DNA from: an uncultured virus (IMG/VR IMGVR_UViG_3300013131_000038)
Lineage: Duplodnaviria; Heunggongvirae; Uroviricota; Caudoviricetes
Length of the DNA: 64,000 bases
Reading direction: 5' to 3' (one strand)
Virus record (IMG/VR): IMGVR_UViG_3300013131_000038
Coordinates: 1-64,000 of that record
The notes beneath the pieces were generated by a model that was given only the letters and a program-made list of their open reading frames with translations, searched no databases and was not told the DNA's origin. Positions 48,120-57,109 of the stretch are shown here, in pieces. Within the stretch, counting starts at the first letter, position 1. Each line of letters begins with the position of its first letter. The position numbers were made by a program, and so were the translations under genes.

Positions 48120-49062
48120 CACAACTCTCCTGCCAGTTGAGCAGGAGATGCTAGACTCTGTATGCGAGAAGATCGAAGCGGAGCTTGAGGCTCCGATCTC
48201 AAGGAAAACACGCACGGCTAGTGAGGTTTTGTACGATCGATACGATCTGACTTCTGGCAAAGATTCGTATGTTCTGAAGGTCAACCTGTCTCCAGATACT
48301 CCAAATTTCTGGAGAGAGCTTCGCGAAAATCATTTTTCGTTTCACCCAGAAATCGTGGCGTCATCATTTGATGACGATTTCACTTTTTACTGTTATAAGA
48401 CGACAAAGACATTCTCGGCGTCTAGCTTGACCGAGTTTCTGCTATCTAAGCGGCTTGGACTACAACACAAGATCGCAGAAGTCTTGAACGAGACTCATGC
48501 GATTAAGCTTTCGGACGTTGATCAAACAACGGAAGTATTTCGCTCAATGCTGCCGATAGAAGCTGGCGCGTCAGTATCTTCGTTCCCGTTAGCTCACTTG
48601 TTTCTGCAGTGCAAACAGATATTTGCGAAGCTGTACAAGCCAACGACTGATCTTGGCCTTTGCCACTTTGATGTTTCACCGCGAAATCTCTTGTACAATA
48701 ATAGTGATTTTAAATTAATAAATTTTGAGTATGCGGCGAATGCGAACGTCTATATCAACACGCTCTTAGTCAAAGAGACGCTAAACGGATCGGACGAGAG
48801 CTTCAACGATCTTTTGTCCGACATGACAATCGACAAAACGAAGCTCGTTAAGTATCTTGATGCCGCAGAGATTTTTACATTCTGTTATTTTAATTCTAAG
48901 ATTCTCGCAGAGTACTTGACTTTCGGGACTAGAAACGAACAGCTTTTGAGGTACTGGGTTCAGAAATCCGAGGCGATTTATAAAAATATCAAACAGAAGT
49001 TTTTTCTTCAAAAACCTATTGACAAATCCATAGACGCCTTTTATGATGCTTGGAGACAATAA
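48079..49062 (+). CDS. Aminoglycoside/choline kinase-like protein
   Basis: YVLKV, CHFDVSPRNLL, KLINFEYA (canonical IDFEYA). Confidence 0.7.
   Translation: MEKRRNFLRHTVSSTTLLPVEQEMLDSVCEKIEAELEAPISRKTRTASEVLYDRYDLTSGKDSYVLKVNLSPDTPNFWRELRENHFSFHPEIVASSFDDDFTFYCYKTTKTFSASSLTEFLLSKRLGLQHKIAEVLNETHAIKLSDVDQTTEVFRSMLPIEAGASVSSFPLAHLFLQCKQIFAKLYKPTTDLGLCHFDVSPRNLLYNNSDFKLINFEYAANANVYINTLLVKETLNGSDESFNDLLSDMTIDKTKLVKYLDAAEIFTFCYFNSKILAEYLTFGTRNEQLLRYWVQKSEAIYKNIKQKFFLQKPIDKSIDAFYDAWRQ
49019..49047 (+). promoter_or_regulatory. Near-consensus sigma-70 promoter
   Basis: TTGACA-N17-TATGAT. Confidence 0.8.
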
Positions 49063-49075
49063 GTCATATCAAAAC

Positions 49076-49291
49076 ATGAGTACCAATACAAATCGTGCTA
49101 TCAACGCTATTCGCGGCACTTCAGGTCGTTACTTCGGCCTTCGCACCACAACGGAAACGGTCAATGCTCGCCTCCTGAGCGAAACTCCATCAACGATTCT
49201 CGTTGAAGATCGCAACGCTGGTCGCGTTCGTCGTTTCCGGAAGTCCAGCATCCGTAATGTTACCTTCGAGGGTTGCAGTTACAACCGTTAA
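49076..49291 (+). CDS. Small Arg-rich hypothetical protein (monocistronic)
   Basis: 71-aa ORF between a strong promoter and a terminator. Confidence 0.75.
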   Translation: MSTNTNRAINAIRGTSGRYFGLRTTTETVNARLLSETPSTILVEDRNAGRVRRFRKSSIRNVTFEGCSYNR

Positions 49292-49311
49292 TTAGCGCAG
49301 TGGTCATCACT

Positions 49312-49340
49312 AAAGCCCACGGGAAACCGTGGGCTTTTTT
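49312..49340 (+). terminator. Intrinsic terminator
   Basis: AAAGCCCACGG-gaaa-CCGTGGGCTTT-TTT. Confidence 0.92.
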
Positions 49341-49341
49341 G

Positions 49342-49347
49342 TGTAAA
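49342..49347 (+). promoter_or_regulatory. TGTAAA motif 9 nt upstream of ATG 49357
   Basis: GTGTAAATATACTTATATG, directly after a terminator. Confidence 0.65.
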
Positions 49348-49356
49348 TATACTTAT

Positions 49357-49569
49357 ATGCCAATCCCAACACCAAAGCCCGATCAAGAAGAGTCCGAGTT
49401 TATCGGCTCTTGTATGTCTTCTAAGTCAATGAACGAAGACTACCCAAATCAGAAGCAACGCTATGCGATTTGCATCTCCCAGTTTAACCGTAAAAAGAAG
49501 AAGAACGAAGGATCAATGGACGCTGTAAAGTGGGATGAAAAAGACGTTTCTCGCGTTATCATAGAGTAA
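49357..49569 (+). CDS. Small conserved phage protein
   Basis: MPIPTP...E...FI..CM......YP..KQR.AIC..QF motif. Confidence 0.65.
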   Translation: MPIPTPKPDQEESEFIGSCMSSKSMNEDYPNQKQRYAICISQFNRKKKKNEGSMDAVKWDEKDVSRVIIE

Positions 49570-49570
49570 C

Positions 49571-49906
49571 ATGACCGCATACAATTGGACGTTCCCCTCT
49601 TTTGATTGCTATCCAGTTCAATCTGGTTTGGCAGACGTAGTTGCTATGGTTCACTGGCAAATTCGAGCCGTTGAATCTGGCTCTAATGGAACAATATATA
49701 TCTCTGAGGCTGGCGCAGGAACTTCGCTTCCAGCAGTTAATCCAGAAGACTTTATTCCGTTCGATCAGCTCACTACGGGAGAGGCTGCGTCTTGGGTAAT
49801 TCAGCTTGAGAACATTACTGGCACGAACGGAGTATATGAGAGACTTGCCTTAGATATCGAAAATCAGAAGAATCCACCGATTATAAAAAAGACTCTCGTT
49901 AGCTAA
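49571..49906 (+). CDS. Small phage protein, probably fibre/virion-associated
   Basis: YNW...DVV..VHW...FIPFDQLT....WV....NPP pattern. Confidence 0.6.
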   Translation: MTAYNWTFPSFDCYPVQSGLADVVAMVHWQIRAVESGSNGTIYISEAGAGTSLPAVNPEDFIPFDQLTTGEAASWVIQLENITGTNGVYERLALDIENQKNPPIIKKTLVS

Positions 49907-49960
49907 TACTTTAGTTTAAAAAATATTAGGGCGCGTTATCATCTCTAAACCAGATGATAT

Positions 49961-50422
49961 ATGCGCCTTAAATTTTATAAGCCCAACAAGTCAAACACTG
50001 GAACAGCATTATCTTTTAATGTTGTTCAGCGTCAAAAAGAGGGAGACGATAAGGGTCTCGACCTCTATGTTAGTTTTGTAAAGCAAGCTTCTTGGAACGA
50101 ACAGAGTCGTAAAGGCTCATTTGCCGAGAACGCAAAGAATCCAGAAAAGACAGCTTCGCTAAAGCTGAACGAGACAGAAGCGGCGACGATCATTCGCGCT
50201 ATTCGTCTCGGCACGAAGTTCTCGACAGTTCATGCGTATCAAGGCGCGACAACGTCGATCATGTTTGGCCCGTATCAAAAGAAGAACGGCGACCATGCGT
50301 TTTCGTTCTCTATCAAGAAGGGTGAACAGTCTTTTTTGATCGGCTTCGAACTCGGAGAGGGCGAGCTTGTCGCTCAGTTCCTTGAGAATTATTTGGCTCA
50401 ATCGTTCGCCGTATCAGAATGA
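49961..50422 (+). CDS. Hypothetical protein (possible PC4/Whirly-like ssDNA-binding fold)
   Basis: Two strand-strand-helix units (KLNETEA; FELGEGE). The fold call is a guess. Confidence 0.5.
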   Translation: MRLKFYKPNKSNTGTALSFNVVQRQKEGDDKGLDLYVSFVKQASWNEQSRKGSFAENAKNPEKTASLKLNETEAATIIRAIRLGTKFSTVHAYQGATTSIMFGPYQKKNGDHAFSFSIKKGEQSFLIGFELGEGELVAQFLENYLAQSFAVSE

Positions 50423-52320
50423 AAAAAACTGTAGTTCTCCACAGCAACCATAGTCGCATCTTTACAGGATTCGGCAAGAACATGAAGAATGTTCTTTTGT
50501 ATTTGCACAAGACTGGCAAGTACAATTTAATCGAGTTCGCCAACACAAAGCACAAAGATGCTCCCGAGCTACAAACGCTGCCTTGGAAAGCCGTTGGGAC
50601 ACTACCAGATCAAGCTCAACTTGCTCAGATTCAGTCCGATCAAAACAAGCTCCGCACCGCTACATACGGTCACTACGAGATTGACAATCTAATCAAAGAG
50701 TACAAGCCAGACTTCTATATCGGCATCGAAGATATTTGGGCTCTGTCTCCGCTTGCCGAAAAGAAGTGGTGGAACAAGAACTGCATGATTTGGACGACGC
50801 TCGACTCGACTCCGCTATATCATGAGGCGATCAAGATCATCCCAAAGGTTAATCATTACTACGCTTGGGCTTCTTTTGCTGGTAAAGAAGTAGAGCGTTT
50901 AGGTCATCCGAAGGGTTCGATCAAGACGCTACGAGGAGCCACCGAAACTTCTTCATTCTTTGCTCTGTCAAACGAAGAGAAGAAAGCGTTGAGAAAAGAG
51001 TTTGGATTGAACGACGAGTTCATTATCGGTTTCGTGTTCCGCAATCAGCTCCGAAAGAGCGTTCCGAATCTTCTTCAAGGGTTCAAGCAATTCAAAGAAA
51101 AGAATCCAGCGTCTAAGGCGAAGCTCTTGTTGCATACGCACTGGAGCGAAGGCTGGGATATCGTAAAGCTGATGAAAGATAATGGCGTCAGTCCGAGTGA
51201 TGTTCTCACAACTTACTTTTGTAAGAAATGCAAGCAGTACGAGGTTAAGCCATTTAGAGGCCAAAAGATCGCGTGTCGTTTCTGCGACGGCAAAGATACT
51301 GTTGAGACCACCAATATCACGAACGGAGTAAGCGAGCAGCAGCTGAACGAGATCTACAATTTGATGGATGTTTACTGTCATCCATTCACTAGCGGCGGGC
51401 AAGAGATTCCCGTAACCGAAGCGAAGCTGACTGAACTCGTTACTCTAGTAACAAACTATTCTTGCGGCGAAGATTTTTGCACCGAAGAGAGCGGCGGTAT
51501 GGCGTTGAGTTGGAAGCCGTACTTTGAACCGGGCACTAACTTCACAAAGGCTACCACGCTTCCAGAATCAATCGCTGATAAGCTTGAGCGTGTCTATAAA
51601 ATGTCCCTTTCGAAGCGGCAAGAGGTGGGCAAGCGGGCAAGACAATTCGTTCTAGACAACCTCTCTGCTGAAGTAATTGGTCGCAAGCTAGAAGAGATCA
51701 TCGACAATTCGGGTAAAGTTGACTGGAACTACGAGTCCGCTTTCGAAGCTCGTAATCCTAAATATGAACCAGCCGACAATCCAAATGATGTTGAGTGGCT
51801 GATTGATATTTATAAAAATGTGCTGCGCATGACCGTCGATGCTAATGATGACGGCTTAAAGGGATGGATGTCTCAGTTAAAGAACGGAATCAGTCGCGAA
51901 CAAATTCTCGACTTTTTCAGAAATACGGCAGTCAAGGAAAACAACGAAAATGCCAAAGTAGATTTCAATGACTTGCTCGACAAAGACGACAAAGGTCGGC
52001 GCATCTTGTTTGTTCTGCCTCAAAGTGCTGGCGACGTGTTTATGGCAACGTCGCTATTGCCATCGATCAAACGTGTTTACCCAGACTACAACATCTACTT
52101 CGCGACGAAGCCAGAATTTTTTGAGATCTTAGACTGCAACCCCTACATTCATAAGCGGCTAGTGTTTAGTCCATTCATGGAAAACTTATTGAGCATGGAA
52201 GGTCATGCTGGAGGCGAAGGATATTTCGACATCACGTTTATCCCGCACATTGGAACACAAAAGATGTTCGACTATCAGCATAACGGCAAAGACATCCTCG
52301 AATACCAAACGATCCTTTAA
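50419..52320 (+). CDS. GT4 glycosyltransferase with Zn-finger insert, DUF4214-like helix bundle and GT9 N-terminal half
   Basis: TGFG, FRNQLRK, CKKC..CRFC, YNLMDVYCHPFTSGGQEIPVTEA, GLKGW...L.NG.SR, SAGDVFMATSLL...NPYI. Confidence 0.8.
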   Translation: MKKTVVLHSNHSRIFTGFGKNMKNVLLYLHKTGKYNLIEFANTKHKDAPELQTLPWKAVGTLPDQAQLAQIQSDQNKLRTATYGHYEIDNLIKEYKPDFYIGIEDIWALSPLAEKKWWNKNCMIWTTLDSTPLYHEAIKIIPKVNHYYAWASFAGKEVERLGHPKGSIKTLRGATETSSFFALSNEEKKALRKEFGLNDEFIIGFVFRNQLRKSVPNLLQGFKQFKEKNPASKAKLLLHTHWSEGWDIVKLMKDNGVSPSDVLTTYFCKKCKQYEVKPFRGQKIACRFCDGKDTVETTNITNGVSEQQLNEIYNLMDVYCHPFTSGGQEIPVTEAKLTELVTLVTNYSCGEDFCTEESGGMALSWKPYFEPGTNFTKATTLPESIADKLERVYKMSLSKRQEVGKRARQFVLDNLSAEVIGRKLEEIIDNSGKVDWNYESAFEARNPKYEPADNPNDVEWLIDIYKNVLRMTVDANDDGLKGWMSQLKNGISREQILDFFRNTAVKENNENAKVDFNDLLDKDDKGRRILFVLPQSAGDVFMATSLLPSIKRVYPDYNIYFATKPEFFEILDCNPYIHKRLVFSPFMENLLSMEGHAGGEGYFDITFIPHIGTQKMFDYQHNGKDILEYQTIL

Positions 52321-52321
52321 T

Positions 52322-53506
52322 ATGCATTTACTAGACAGATATGCCTTATCTTGCGGCGTCAAAGCTGAAAAGCCATTCATTGACGAAGCTTACTATCCAC
52401 TATCGGAGGATAACTACATCGTTTTCCAAACGAGCGGCAAAGGAAACTCTCGCCAGTACGATTACTGGTCGAAGGTATTTAATCTGATTCGCGAGTACGC
52501 GACCGACTACAAGATCATTCACGTTGGATTACCCTCGGACCAAACAGTTGGTGGCGTAGACATTGATCTTCGCGGCAGAACTTCGATCAAGCAGTTGGCT
52601 TACGTTATCAAGAACTGCAAGATGTACCTCGGAGTTGACAGTTTATCGACGCACCTTGCTGGTTTTTATGATAAAAAAATCGTGTCTCTGTACTCGTATA
52701 GTTACGCTCAAAACTGTGGCCCAGTTTTTGGCTCGCCCGAGAACAAGACGCTAATCGAGGTAGACTGGAAGAAGCATGGCAAGCCCTCGTTCTCGTTCAA
52801 CGAAAAGGAAAAGAAGATCAATACGATCTATCCCGAAGTCATTGCTCGCGCTGCGCTCAAGCAACTTGGCGTAGACAACGATTTAGATAAGTTCAACACG
52901 ATTCATATCGGAGAGCTTTACCACTCTCCAACTATTGAAATCATTCCAAACAACCTTCAGATCCACTCAATCGTAAAGGATAAAGTTTGTAACGTTCGAA
53001 TGGACCTTTTCTTTGGTGAGGACGTTTTACTTTCTCTCGCGAGATACGCTTCTATCAATATCATTACTGATCGAGAGATCTCACTTGAAAAGATTTTGCA
53101 AATCAAGCAAAAGATTGTTGGCTTCACGATTGTTGCGAACGATTCAATTTCAATCGCTTACCTTTCCGAGTTGAAAACTCTCGGTATTAAAGTTTCTCTA
53201 ATAGCTCCAGACGGGCCAGACTGGTCTCGTTTGTGTGCGAAATTCTTCGACTTTTGTCTTGACAAGGAGGATATCATCACTAAAAACGATGTAGAAAATG
53301 CAGATCAGATCGACGACACTTGCGTGTTCTCTTCGGAAAAAATCATACTTTCCGATGGAAAAGTGTATTCCAGCAAAATAGCATGGAAAAGCAATTCTCC
53401 GAAAACATCGAGAACAACAAAGGTTGTAGATCACCCAGATTTCTGGGAGGAAAGCGAGCATTTTCATATCTTCAAAGATGAGCGACCAACAAACTCCAAT
53501 TATTGA
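52322..53506 (+). CDS. GT9 glycosyltransferase C-terminal half plus extra domain
   Basis: DLRGRTSIKQLAYVI....YLGVDS...HLA. Confidence 0.8.
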   Translation: MHLLDRYALSCGVKAEKPFIDEAYYPLSEDNYIVFQTSGKGNSRQYDYWSKVFNLIREYATDYKIIHVGLPSDQTVGGVDIDLRGRTSIKQLAYVIKNCKMYLGVDSLSTHLAGFYDKKIVSLYSYSYAQNCGPVFGSPENKTLIEVDWKKHGKPSFSFNEKEKKINTIYPEVIARAALKQLGVDNDLDKFNTIHIGELYHSPTIEIIPNNLQIHSIVKDKVCNVRMDLFFGEDVLLSLARYASINIITDREISLEKILQIKQKIVGFTIVANDSISIAYLSELKTLGIKVSLIAPDGPDWSRLCAKFFDFCLDKEDIITKNDVENADQIDDTCVFSSEKIILSDGKVYSSKIAWKSNSPKTSRTTKVVDHPDFWEESEHFHIFKDERPTNSNY

Positions 53507-54263
53507 CGTAAAGGCTGACACGAAGCCACAAAATTCAAGCTTACGCGACGAGCGAGGGCTTTTAAAAGGAATAGATTACATCCTTAATAAGGACGGGACA
53601 GTAAACTGGCGAGCAATGATCAACCCCGCTCACCTCTATCCAAATAAGGATTGGTTTAATCGCCGCAATCTTCCGACCCCAGAGACGAGCGAAGGATTGC
53701 GAGACGAACAGCTTTTGATTAGGCTCGGAGGAATCAAGGAACTGGCAAAGCTTCGTGGATTCGAATGCGTTGACTTCGACTTGCTTAAGCTTGAGCGAGA
53801 TTACGTTGTTTCGAAATGTACGATTAGCTGGATTCGTAATTTTGAGTGCACGTCCGAAGAGTTCTTTTGCTTCATTAAGAATTCCGACGTTGCGAACGCC
53901 ACGACCGAAAATACTGACGGTTTCGGGCAAAAGTTTCTAGAGACTATCGCGGCTAACCGCTCGTTTGTTCGAGCCGTTCGTAACTTTCTTGGCATTCATA
54001 TCGTTGGGGAAGATGAGATTGCGAAGAGTGGCAGCGGAGGCAAGACTCAAACGGCTGACGGGTCTGCTGACGTTACTCCACAAGCCGTGCTGTCAAAGAA
54101 GTTCCAAGAAGTGATCGGCGGCGAGTTTCCCGATTTCCGTGAGTGGCTCCGCACGCTCTGGAAGGAAGAAACGTATCGCAACGAAGAAGCGAAGAACTGG
54201 AACTCTTGGTCCGACGTGCCAAGCAAGGAAGCTCGCACGTTACTCAAGCACCTCAAGTTATGA
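53478..54263 (+). CDS. Conserved phage protein, tentatively Rad52/Sak-like annealase
   Basis: LGGIKELA..RG, ANAT.EN, IAANRSFVRAVRNFLGI..V..DEI. Confidence 0.4.
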   Translation: MSDQQTPIIDVKADTKPQNSSLRDERGLLKGIDYILNKDGTVNWRAMINPAHLYPNKDWFNRRNLPTPETSEGLRDEQLLIRLGGIKELAKLRGFECVDFDLLKLERDYVVSKCTISWIRNFECTSEEFFCFIKNSDVANATTENTDGFGQKFLETIAANRSFVRAVRNFLGIHIVGEDEIAKSGSGGKTQTADGSADVTPQAVLSKKFQEVIGGEFPDFREWLRTLWKEETYRNEEAKNWNSWSDVPSKEARTLLKHLKL

Positions 54264-54730
54264 TCAAGAGGATTGAAAAAGTAACAGAGCTTCGCGAGGT
54301 TCTCGATCAGATGGAAAAGTCTGACCGTTTAGATCTCGTTCTGAAGACTCACAAGCACGTTGCGGGAGATTGGGACTTGCCTCACTTAAAGAGTGAGCTT
54401 TCGCATCTCCTGCTTTCTTTCCGAGACAACGCCGTTGTCTACGTTTACTTTCGCGACGGCAAGCCAAACTCGATCTTTGCGGGACTGATCTCGCAAGATT
54501 GGGCTTGCGGCAAAACGGGACTCAATGAAATCATTTGGGTCACAACTGGTAAGTCTTTTCTCGATGGAGTTATTGTTTTACAAGAAATCGAGAAACTAGT
54601 GGCACAGAGAGGTTTAGATTACTTGTCGTGCCACTGGATGTGTAACGGCGGCGATCCGCGAGTGCAGATGTTCTATATGAACAACGGCTTTCGTCTCGAT
54701 ACACTTACCTTTGTAAAGAATTATAAATAA
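54260..54730 (+). CDS. GNAT-fold acetyltransferase-like protein
   Basis: EIIWV, EKLVAQRG, V..FYMNNGF. Confidence 0.55.
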   Translation: MIKRIEKVTELREVLDQMEKSDRLDLVLKTHKHVAGDWDLPHLKSELSHLLLSFRDNAVVYVYFRDGKPNSIFAGLISQDWACGKTGLNEIIWVTTGKSFLDGVIVLQEIEKLVAQRGLDYLSCHWMCNGGDPRVQMFYMNNGFRLDTLTFVKNYK

Positions 54731-54804
54731 TCGCCAGTTGGCGGTTTTACATGGCAAATGATTGGGGCTTTATGTAAAGCCATTTACCTTATTTTACTTT
54801 TAAG

Positions 54805-57105
54805 ATGAAAAAATCAATGACAGTTAAAAAGAGAAGCGGCGACATCGAGAAGTTCGACGCTGACAAGATTAATAAAGTTTTACAATGGGCTTGCGACGGC
54901 ATTTCCGGAACCTCGTTCGAGGAGGTCGGGATGAACGCCAACGTAGCTTTCTTTGACGGTATCTCGTCCAAAGACATTCACAATACGCTAATCGAAGCTG
55001 CTGCGGGGCTAATTTCTGAGGAAAAACCTCAGTATCAATTTGTTGCGTCTCGCTTACTCAACTATCACCTCCGAAAAGAAGTTTGGGGAGGGAAGAATGC
55101 TCCGAAACTGATTGATTTTGTAAAAGAAAATATTAAATATGGCGTTTACGATCCAGACATTCTTAAGTGGTACGATGATCGCGAGTTCCATAAGTTAGAC
55201 GAGTTTCTGAAACACGACCGTGACTTTGACTTCGCTTATGCTGGTATCAAGCAGCTTTGCGACAAGTACCTCGTTCAAAATCGGACAACAAAGAAGATTT
55301 ACGAGACTCCACAGTTTGCGTACATCTTGATCGCTATGACTCTGTTCAGGGGTTATAAGGAGAATCGCCTACAGTACATTAAGAAAGCTTATAGCTACTT
55401 TAGCCAGCACAAGATCAATCTGCCTACCCCAATCATGGCGGGCGTTCGCACGACGCTAAAGAGCTACGCCTCTTGCGCTTTGTTTACCGTAGATGACACG
55501 CTAAATTCGATTTTCTCGAACAACTCGGCTGTAGGTATGGCTACGGCAAATCGATACGGAATTGGCCTTAATATGAGCCGAATCCGAGCCGTTAATGCGC
55601 CCGTTAAGGGCGGCATGGTTAGTCACACGGGTCCAATCCCATTTTTGAAGATGTTCGAGTCTACCGTAAAGAGTTGCCACCAGAACGGCATTCGCGGCGG
55701 CTCTGCTACCGTAAACGTTTCTTGGTTTCACCACGATATCGAAGATATCCTCGTTCTCAAGAACAATGCGGGTACTGACGATAATCGCGTTCGCAAGCTT
55801 GACTATTGCATCGGCTTTGACCGCGTATTCTATGATCGCGTCCTAAACAACGAAAAGATCACTCTTTTCTCGTATCACGAAGTTCCCGAGCTTTGGAATC
55901 GATTCGGCTTCCCAGACTTTAAGGATCTTTACCTTGCCGCAGAAAAGAACGCGAAGCTGAAGTTTAAGAAGACGATGAATGCCCGCGATCTCTTTATGCT
56001 CTTCTCGAAGGAGCGTGTAGAGACGGGACGTATCTACGTCATGAACGTTGACCACGCAAACTCGCACGGTTCTTGGCTTGAGCAAGTGGACACTAGCAAT
56101 CTCTGTACGGAAATAACTCAACCATTAATTCCGATTTCAGATCTTAATGATAAAAATGGAGAGATCGGTGTTTGTATTCTCTCTGCCGTTAATCTCCTCA
56201 AGGTTGACAAAGACGAGATGGAACCCGTGTGCGACGTTATTGTTCGAATGCTCGAAGAGCTTATCGACCACCAGAACTATTTTGTTCCTGCCGCAGAGAA
56301 TTTTGCGAAGCGTCGTCGTAGCCTCGGCGTTGGCGTCACGAATCTCGCCGCTTACTTGGCCGATCTTGGCGTAAAGTATTACGACAAGGCCGCGCCGAAT
56401 AAGGCGGCGGCAATCATGGAGCTTGTCAGCTATAACTTGATCAAGGCGTCCGTTGAACTGGCAAAGGAAAAGGGTGCGTGCGAAAAGTTCGACAAAACAA
56501 AGTTCTCGCAAGGTATTCTCCCTATTGATACTTACTGCAAGAACATCGATGAGTTCGTAACCGAAAAACTTCATTGCGATTGGGAATCGCTGCGCAAAGA
56601 CATCAAGCAGCACGGTATGCGCCACAGCACGCTCACTGCGATCATGCCCGTAGAGTCGAGTTCCGTTATTCAGTCATCGACAAACGGCATCGAGCCACCA
56701 CGCTCGCTGATTTCGCAGAAGCGTTCAAAAGCTGGCATTATCCCAGTTGTCGTTCCTAATATCCGTTCGAAGAAGAACGACTACACGCTCGCATTTGAAA
56801 TGCCAAATAACCACGGCTATCTTAAGGTTGTCGCGGCGCTTCAGAAGTTCACCGACATGAGCATCTCGACCAACTTGTACTATAACGTTAATCGTTATCC
56901 GAACAAGATTCCGAATCAAACGGAACTGCTCGGAGACATTATGATCGCTTACAAGTACGGAATTAAGAACCTTTATTACACAAATACATTTGACGGCGAC
57001 ACACAAACCGTCTTAGATTCAACTCCTAACCCAACCAAAGAACCCGCAAAGCAGCCAGAAACCGAAGAGGCCGATGGCTGCGCTGGTGGGGCTTGCACGC
57101 TGTAA
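54805..57105 (+). CDS. nrdA: Ribonucleotide reductase class Ia alpha subunit
   Basis: ATP-cone VKKRSG, PTPIMAG.RT, SC, QNGIRGGSA, SNLCTEI, K.LYY, C-terminal C...C. TGTAAA at 54773. Confidence 0.97.
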   Translation: MKKSMTVKKRSGDIEKFDADKINKVLQWACDGISGTSFEEVGMNANVAFFDGISSKDIHNTLIEAAAGLISEEKPQYQFVASRLLNYHLRKEVWGGKNAPKLIDFVKENIKYGVYDPDILKWYDDREFHKLDEFLKHDRDFDFAYAGIKQLCDKYLVQNRTTKKIYETPQFAYILIAMTLFRGYKENRLQYIKKAYSYFSQHKINLPTPIMAGVRTTLKSYASCALFTVDDTLNSIFSNNSAVGMATANRYGIGLNMSRIRAVNAPVKGGMVSHTGPIPFLKMFESTVKSCHQNGIRGGSATVNVSWFHHDIEDILVLKNNAGTDDNRVRKLDYCIGFDRVFYDRVLNNEKITLFSYHEVPELWNRFGFPDFKDLYLAAEKNAKLKFKKTMNARDLFMLFSKERVETGRIYVMNVDHANSHGSWLEQVDTSNLCTEITQPLIPISDLNDKNGEIGVCILSAVNLLKVDKDEMEPVCDVIVRMLEELIDHQNYFVPAAENFAKRRRSLGVGVTNLAAYLADLGVKYYDKAAPNKAAAIMELVSYNLIKASVELAKEKGACEKFDKTKFSQGILPIDTYCKNIDEFVTEKLHCDWESLRKDIKQHGMRHSTLTAIMPVESSSVIQSSTNGIEPPRSLISQKRSKAGIIPVVVPNIRSKKNDYTLAFEMPNNHGYLKVVAALQKFTDMSISTNLYYNVNRYPNKIPNQTELLGDIMIAYKYGIKNLYYTNTFDGDTQTVLDSTPNPTKEPAKQPETEEADGCAGGACTL

Positions 57106-57109
57106 TAAA

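Noticed and set aside
54731..54744. Hairpin CGCCA-gt-TGGCG before nrdA as a terminator or riboswitch
   Set aside because: The stem is only 5 bp with a 2-nt loop, too weak to support a call.
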